Below the pieces are notes generated by a model. The model was not told the origin of the DNA and did no database searches. It worked only from the letters and a program-made list of their open reading frames with translations. The position numbers and the translations under genes are program-made. A stretch of DNA of 64,000 nucleotides from Eledone cirrhosa. Taxonomy: Eukaryota. Positions 55,801 to 64,000 of the stretch are shown here, one piece after another. The stretch covers positions 20,460,001-20,524,000 of the forward strand of contig OZ024764.1 in assembly GCA_964016885.1 (NCBI GenBank). The letters are read 5' to 3'. The stretch's first letter is position 1. Each line of letters opens with the position of its first letter.

Positions 55801-58800
55801 TAACTACTTTTATCAGTCAGTTTAATCTAATGTCACTAATAACTACTTTTATCAGTCAGTTTAATCTAATGTCACTAATAACTACTTTTATCAGTCAGTT
55901 TAATCTAATGTCACTAATAACTACTTTTATCAGTCAGTTTAATCTAATGTCACTAATAACTACTTTTATCAGTCAGTTTAATCTAATGTCACTAATAACT
56001 ACTTTTATCAGTCAGTTTAATCTAATGTAATAACTACTTTTATCAGTCAGTATAATCTAATGTCACTAATAACTACTTTTATCAGTCAGTTTAATCTAAT
56101 GTCACTAATAACTACTTTTATCAGTCAGTTTAATCTAATGTAATAACTACTTTTATCAGTCAGTTTAATCTAATGTCACTAATAACTACTTTTATCAGTC
56201 AGTTTAATCTAATGTCACTAATAACTACTTTTATCAGTCAGTTTAATCTAATGTAATAACTACTTTTATCAGTCAGTTTAATCTAATGTCACTAATAACT
56301 ACTTTTATCAGTCAGTTTAATCTAATGTCACTAATAACTACTTTTATCAGTCAGTTTAATCTAATGTAATAACTACTTTTATCAGTCAGTTTAATCTAAT
56401 GTCACTAATAACTACTTTTATCAGTCAGTTTAATCTAATGTCACTAATAACTACTTTTATCAGTCAGTTTAATCTAATGTCACTAATAACTACTTTTATC
56501 AGTCAGTTTAATCTAATGTCACTAATAACTACTTTTATCAGTCAGTTTAATCTAATGTCACTAATAACTACTTTTATCAGTCAGTTTAATCTAATGTAAT
56601 AACTACTTTTATCAGTCAGTTTAATCTAATGTCACTAATAACTACTTTTATCAGTCAGTTTAATCTAATGTCACTAATAACTACTTTTATCAGTCAGTTT
56701 AATCTAATGTAATAACTACTTTTATCAGTCAGTATAATCTAATGTCACTAATAACTACTTTTATCAGTCAGTATAATCTAATGTCACTAATAATTACTTT
56801 TATCAGTCAGTTTAATCTAATGTAATAACTACATTTATCAGTCAGTATAATCTAATGTCACTAATAACTACTTTTATCAGTCAGTTTAATCTAATGTCAC
56901 TAATAACTACTTTTATCAGTCAGTTTAATCTAATGTCACTAATAACTACTTTTATCAGTCAGTTTAATCTAATGTCACAAATAACTACTTTTATCAGTCA
57001 GTTTAATCTAATGTAATAACTACTTTTATCAGTCACTTTAATCTAATGTCACTAATAACTACTTTTATCAGTCAGTTTAATCTAATGTCACTAATAACTA
57101 CTTTTATCAGTCAGTTTAATCTAATGTAATAACTACTTTTATCAGTCAGTTTAATCTAATGTCACTAATAACTACTTTTATCAGTCAGTTTAATCTAATG
57201 TCACTAATAACTACTTTTATCAGTCAGTTTAATCTAATGTAATAACTACTTTTATCAGTCAGTTTAATCTAATGTCACTAATAACTACTTTTATCAGTCA
57301 GTTTAATCTAATGTCACTAATAACTACTTTTATCATTCAGTTTAATCTAATGTAATAACTACTTTTATCAGTCAGTTTAATCTAATGTCACTAATAACTA
57401 CTTTTATCAGTCAGTTTAATCTAATGTCACTAATAACTACTTTTATCAGTCAGTTTAATCTAATGTCACTAATAACTACTTTTATCAGTCAGTTTAATCT
57501 AATGTCACTAATAACTACTTTTATCAGTCAGTTTAATCTAATGTCACTAATAACTACTTTTATCAGTCAGTTTAATCTAATGTAATAACTACTTTTATCA
57601 GTCAGTTTAATCTAATGTCACTAATAACTACTTTTATCAGTCAGTTTAATCTAATGTCACTAATAACTACTTTTATCAGTCAGTTTAATCTAATGTAATA
57701 ACTACTTTTATCAGTCAGTATAATCTAATGTCACTAATAACTACTTTTATCAGTCAGTATAATCTAATGTCACTAATAATTACTTTTATCAGTCAGTTTA
57801 ATCTAATGTAATAACTACATTTATCAGTCAGTATAATCTAATGTCACTAATAACTACTTTTATCAGTCAGTTTAATCTAATGTCACTAATAACTACTTTT
57901 ATCAGTCAGTTTAATCTAATGTCACTAATAACTACTTTTATCAGTCAGTTTAATCTAATGTCACAAATAACTACTTTTATCAGTCAGTTTAATCTAATGT
58001 AATAACTACTTTTATCAGTCACTTTAATCTAATGTCACTAATAACTACTTTTATCAGTCAGTTTAATCTAATGTCACTAATAACTACTTTTATCAGTCAG
58101 TTTAATCTAATGTCACTAATAACTACTTTTATCAGTCAGTTTAATCTAATGTAATAACTACTTTTATCAGTCAGTTTAATCTAATGTCACTAATAACTAC
58201 TTTTATCTGTCAGTTTAATCTAATGTCACTAATAACTACTTTTATCAGTCAGTTTCATCTAATGTCACTAATAACTACTTTTATCAGTCAGTTTAATCTA
58301 ATATAATAACTACTTTTATTAGTCAGTTTAATCTAATGTCACTAATAACTACTTTTATCAGTCAGTTTAATCTAATGTCACTAATAACTACTTTTATCAG
58401 TCAGTTTAATCTAATGTCACTAATAACTACTTTTATCAGTCAGTTTAATCTAATGTCACTAATAACTACTTTTATCAGTCAGTTTAATCTAATGTCACTA
58501 ATAACTACTTTTATCAGTCAGTTTAATCTAATGTCACTAATAACTACTTTTATCAGTCAGTTTCATCTAATGTCACTAATAACTACTTTTATCAGTCAGT
58601 TTAATCTAATATAATAACTACTTTTATCAGTCAGTTTAATCTAATGTCACTAATAACTACTTTTATCAGTCAGTTTAATCTAATGTCACTAATAACTACT
58701 TTTATCAGTCAGTTTAATCTAATGTAATAACTACTTTTATCAGTCAGTTTAATCTAATGTCACTAATAACTACTTTTATCAGTCAGTTTAATCTAATGTC

Positions 58801-61800
58801 ACTAATAACTACTTTTATCAGTCAGTTTAATCTAATGTAATAACTACTTTTATCAGTCAGTATAATCTAATGTCACTAATAACTACTTTTATCAGTCAGT
58901 ATAATCTAATGTCACTAATAATTACTTTTATCAGTCAGTTTAATCTAATGTAATAACTACATTTATCAGTCAGTATAATCTAATGTCACTAATAACTACT
59001 TTTATCAGTCAGTTTAATCTAATGTCACTAATAACTACTTTTATCAGTCAGTTTAATCTAATGTCACTAATAACTACTTTTATCAGTCAGTTTAATCTAA
59101 TGTCACTAATAACTACTTTTATCAGTCAGTTTAATCTAATGTAATAACTACTTTTATCAGTCACTTTAATCTAATGTCACTAATAACTACTTTTATCAGT
59201 CAGTTTAATCTAATGTCACTAATAACTACTTTTATCAGTCAGTTTAATCTAATGTCACTAATAACTACTTTTATCAGTCAGTTTAATCTAATGTAATAAC
59301 TACTTTTATCAGTCAGTTTAATCTAATGTCACTAATAACTACTTTTATCTGTCAGTTTAATCTACTGTCACTAATAACTACTTTTATCAGTCAGTTTCAT
59401 CTAACGTCACTAATAACTACTTTTATCAGTCAGTTTAATCTAATATAATAACTACTTTTATTAGTCAGTTTAATCTAATGTCACTAATAACTACTTTTAT
59501 CAGTCAGTTTAATCTAATGTCACTAATAACTACTTTTATCAGTCAGTTTAATCTAATGTCACTAATAACTACTTTTATCAGTCAGTTTAATCTAATGTCA
59601 CTAATAACTACTTTTATCAGTCAGTTTAATCTAATGTCACTAATAACTACTTTTATCAGTCAGTTTCATCTAATGTCACTAATAACTACTTTTATCAGTC
59701 AGTTTAATCTAATATAATAACTACTTTTATCAGTCAGTTTAATCTAATGTCACTAATAACTACTTTTATCAGTCAGTTTAATCTAATGTCACTAATAACT
59801 ACTTTTATCAGTCAGTTTAATCTAATGTCACTAATAACTACTTTTATCAGTCAGTTTAATCTAATGTCACTAATAACTACTTTTATCAGTCAGTTTAATC
59901 TAATGTCACTAGTAACTACTTTTATCAGTCAGTTAATCTAATGTAATAACTACTTTTATCAGTCAGTATAATCTAATGTCACTAATAACTACTTTTATCA
60001 GTCAGTTTAATCTAATGTAATAACTACTTTTATCAGTCAGTATAATCTAATGTCACTAATAACTACTTTTATCAGTCAGTTTAATCTAATGTCACTAATA
60101 ACTACTTTTATCAGTCAGTATAATCTAATGTCGCTAATAACTACTTTTATCAGTCAGTTTAATCTAATGTCACTAATAACTACTTTTATCAGTCAGTTTA
60201 ATCTAATGTCACTAATAACTACTTTTATCAGTCAGTTTAATCTAATGTCACTAATAACTACTTTTATCAGTCAGTATAATCTAATGTCACTAATAACTAC
60301 TTTTATCAGTCAGTTTAATCTAATGTCACTAATAACTACTTTTATCAGTCAGTATAATCTAATGTCAGTAATAATTACTTTTATCAGTCAGTTTAATCTA
60401 ATGTCACTAATAACTACTTTTATCAGTCAGTTTAATCTAATGTCACTAATAACTACTTTTATCAGTCAGTTTAATCTAATGTCACTAATAAATACTTTTA
60501 TCAGTCAGTTTAATCTAATGTAATAACTACTTTTATCAGTCAGTATAATCTAATGTCACTAATAACTACTTTTATCAGTCAGTTTAATCTAATGTCACTA
60601 ATAACTACTTTTATCAGTCAGTTTAATCTAATGTAATAACTACTTTTATCAGTCAGTTTAATCTAATGTCACTAATAACTACTTTTATCAGTCAGTTTAA
60701 TCTAATGTCACTAATAACTACTTTTATCAGTCAGTTTAATCTAATGTAATAACTACTTTTATCAGTCAGTTTAATCTAATGTCACTAATAACTACTTTTA
60801 TCAGTCAGTTTAATCTAATGTCACTAATAACTACTTTTATCAGTCAGTTTAATCTAATGTAATAACTACTTTTATCAGTCAGTTTAATCTAATGTCACTA
60901 ATAACTACTTTTATCAGTCAGTTTAATCTAATGTCACTAATAACTACTTTTATCAGTCAGTTTAATCTAATGTCACTAATAACTACTTTTATCAGTCAGT
61001 TTAATCTAATGTCACTAATAACTACTTTTATCAGTCAGTTTAATCTAATGTCACTAATAACTACTTTTATCAGTCAGTTTAATCTAATGTAATAACTACT
61101 TTTATCAGTCAGTTTAATCTAATGTCACTAATAACTACTTTTATCAGTCAGTTTACTCTAATGTCACTAATAACTACTTTTATCAGTCAGTTTAATCTAA
61201 TGTAATAACTACTTTTATCAGTCAGTATAATCTAATGTCACTAATAACTACTTTTATCAGTCAGTATAATTTAATGTCACTAATAATTACTTTTATCAGT
61301 CAGTTTAATCTAATGTAATAACTACATTTATCAGTCAGTTTAATCTAATGTCACTAATAACTACTTTTATCAGTCAGTATAATTTAATGTCACTAATAAC
61401 TACTTTTATCAGTCAGTTTAATCTAATGTCACTAATAACTACTTTTATCAGTCAGTTTAATCTAATGTCACTAATAACTACTTTTATCAGTCAGTTTAAT
61501 CTAATGTCACTAATAACTACTTTTATCAGTCAGTTTAATCAAATGTAATAACTACTTTTATCAGTCACTTTAATCTAATGTCACTAATAACTACTTTTAT
61601 CAGTCAGTTTAATCTAATGTCACTAATAACTACTTTTATCAGTCAGTTTAATCTAATGTCACTAATAACTACTTTTATCAGTCAGTTTAATCTAATGTAA
61701 TAACTACTTTTATCAGTCAGTTTAATCTAATGTCACTAATAACTACTTTTATCTGTCAGTTTAATCTAATGTCACTAATAACTACTTTTATCAGTCAGTT

Positions 61801-64000
61801 TCATCTAATGTCACTAATAACTACTTTTATCAGTCAGTTCAATCTAATGTCACTAATAACTACTTTTATCAGTCAGTTTAATCTAATGTAATAACTACTT
61901 TTATCAGTCAGTTTAATCTAATGTCACTAATAACTACTTTTATCAGTCAGTTTAATCTAATGTAATAACTACTTTTATCAGTCAGTTTAATCTAATGTCA
62001 CTAATAACTACTTTTATCAGTCAGTTTAATCTAATGTAATAACTACTTTTATTAGTCAGTTTAATCTAATGTCACTAATAACTACTTTTATCAGTCAGTT
62101 TAATCTAATGTCACTAATAACTACTTTTATCAGTCAGTTTAATCTAATGTCACTAATAACTACTTTTATCAGTCAGTTTAATCTAATGTCACTAATAAAT
62201 ACTTTTATCAGTCAGTTTAATCTAATGTCACTAATAACTACTTTTATCAGTCAGTTTAATCTAATGTAATAACTACTTTCATCAGTCAGTTTAATCTAAT
62301 GTCACTAATAACTACTTTTATCAGTCAGTTTAATCTAATGTCACTAATAACTACTTTTATCACTCAGTTTAATCTAATGTCACTAAGAACTACTTTTATC
62401 AGTCAGTTTAATCTAATGTAATAACTACTTTTATCAGTCAGTTTAATCTAATGTCACTAATAACTACTTTTATCAGTCAGTTTAATCTAATGTCACTAAT
62501 AACTACTTTTATCAGTCAGTTTAATCTAATGTCACTAATAACTACTTTTATCAGTCAGTTTAATCTAATGTAATAACTACTTTTATCAGTCAGTTTAATC
62601 TAATGTCACTAATAACTACTTTTATCAGTCAGTTTAATCTAATGTAATAACTACTTTTATTAGTCAGTTTAATCTAATGTCACTAATAACTACTTTTGTC
62701 AGTCAGTTTAATCTAATGTCACTAATAACTACTTTTATCAGTCAGTTTAATCTAATGTCACTAATAACTACTTTTATCAGTCAGTTTAATCTAATGTCAC
62801 TAATAACTACTTTTATCAGTCAGTTTAATCTAATGTCACTAATAACTACTTTTATCAGTCAGTTTAATCTAATGTCACTAATAACTAGTTTTATCAGTCA
62901 GTTTAATCTAATGTCACTAATAACTACTTTTATCAGTCAGTTTAATCTAATGTAATAACTACTTTTATCAGTCAGTTTAATCTAATGTCACTAATAACTA
63001 CTTTTATCAGTCAGTTTAATCTAATGTCACTAGTAACTACTTTTATCAGTCAGTTTAATCTAATGTAATAACTACTTTTATCAGTCAGTATAATCTAATG
63101 TCACTAATAATTACTTTTATCAGTCAGTTTAATCTAATGTAATAACTACATTTATCAGTCAGTTTAATCTAATGTCACTAATAACTACTTTTATCAGTCA
63201 GTATAATTTAATGTCACTAATAACTACTTTTATCAGTCAGTTTAATCTAATGTCACTAATAACTACTTTTATCAGTCAGTTTAATCTAATGTCACTAATA
63301 ACTACTTTTATCAGTCAGTTTAATCTAATGTCACTAATAACTACTTTTATCAGTCAGTTTAATCTAATGTAATAACTACTTTTATCAGTCACTTTAATCT
63401 AATGTCACTAATAACTACTTTTATCAGTCAGTTTAATCTAATGTCAATAATAACTACTTTTATCAGTCAGTTTAATCTAATGTCACTAATAACTACTTTT
63501 ATCAGTCAGTTTAATCTAATGTAATAACTACTTTTATCAGTCAGTTTAATCTAATGTCACTAATAACTACTTTTATCTGTCAGTTTAATCTAATGTCACT
63601 AATAACTACTTTTATCAGTCAGTTTCATCTAATGTCACTAATAACTACTTTTATCAGTCAGTTCAATCTAATGTCACTAATAACTACTTTTATCAGTCAG
63701 TTTAATCTAATGTCACTAATAACTACTTTTATCAGTCAGTTTAATCTAATGTAATAACTACTTTTATCAGTCAGTTTAATCTAATGTCACTAATAACTAC
63801 TTTTATCAGTCAGTTTAATCTAATGTAATAACTACTTTTATTAGTCAGTTTAATCTAATGTCACTAATAACTACTTTTATCAGTCAGTTTAATCTAATGT
63901 CACTAATAACTACTTTTATCAGTCAGTTTAATCTAATGTCACTAATAACTACTTTTATCAGTCAGTTTAATCTAATGTCACTAATAAATACTTTTATCAG
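40884..64000 (+). repeat. Satellite array of more than 23 kb: 39-bp monomer TCTAATGTCACTAATAACTACTTTTATCAGTCAGTTTAA mixed with a 35-bp variant lacking CACT
   Basis: Direct periodicity, roughly 600 monomers, running off the window end. Confidence 0.99.

Noticed and set aside
40892-63754. Dozens of MSLITTFISQFNL-repeat ORFs
   Set aside because: They result from a 39-bp (13-codon) monomer, and each ends at the next 35-bp variant. There is no evidence of coding function.

Overview
Repeat-dense, AT-rich animal DNA. The KRAB-less tandem C2H2 zinc-finger genes, Nin/Deu-type SINEs and RTE families suggest an octopod cephalopod (inference). Positions 1-40.9 kb hold a small cluster of paralogous C2H2-ZNF loci: 11980-15420 with a triplicated frameshift, 29219-30571 with one in-frame TGA, and a relic near 31.9-32.2 kb. 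They sit among an apparently full-length CR1-clade LINE (about 17870-23170, minus strand), many RTE fragments, a solo LTR, Helitron, mariner, Merlin and MITE remnants, and several minisatellites, including a 4.3-kb 19-bp array. From 40884 to the window end runs a 39/35-bp satellite with higher-order structure. Best leads: (1) an AUG-less CR1 ORF2 overlapping ORF1 in the -1 frame, with a G_GGA_AAC slippery heptamer directly before the ORF1 stop; (2) minisatellite-like ZNF array evolution; (3) a single UGA at a zinc-ligand Cys codon; (4) RTE families carrying extra zinc-binding modules. No prokaryotic-type system such as CRISPR or an operon is supported. Coordinates of degraded fragments were read by eye and are approximate.
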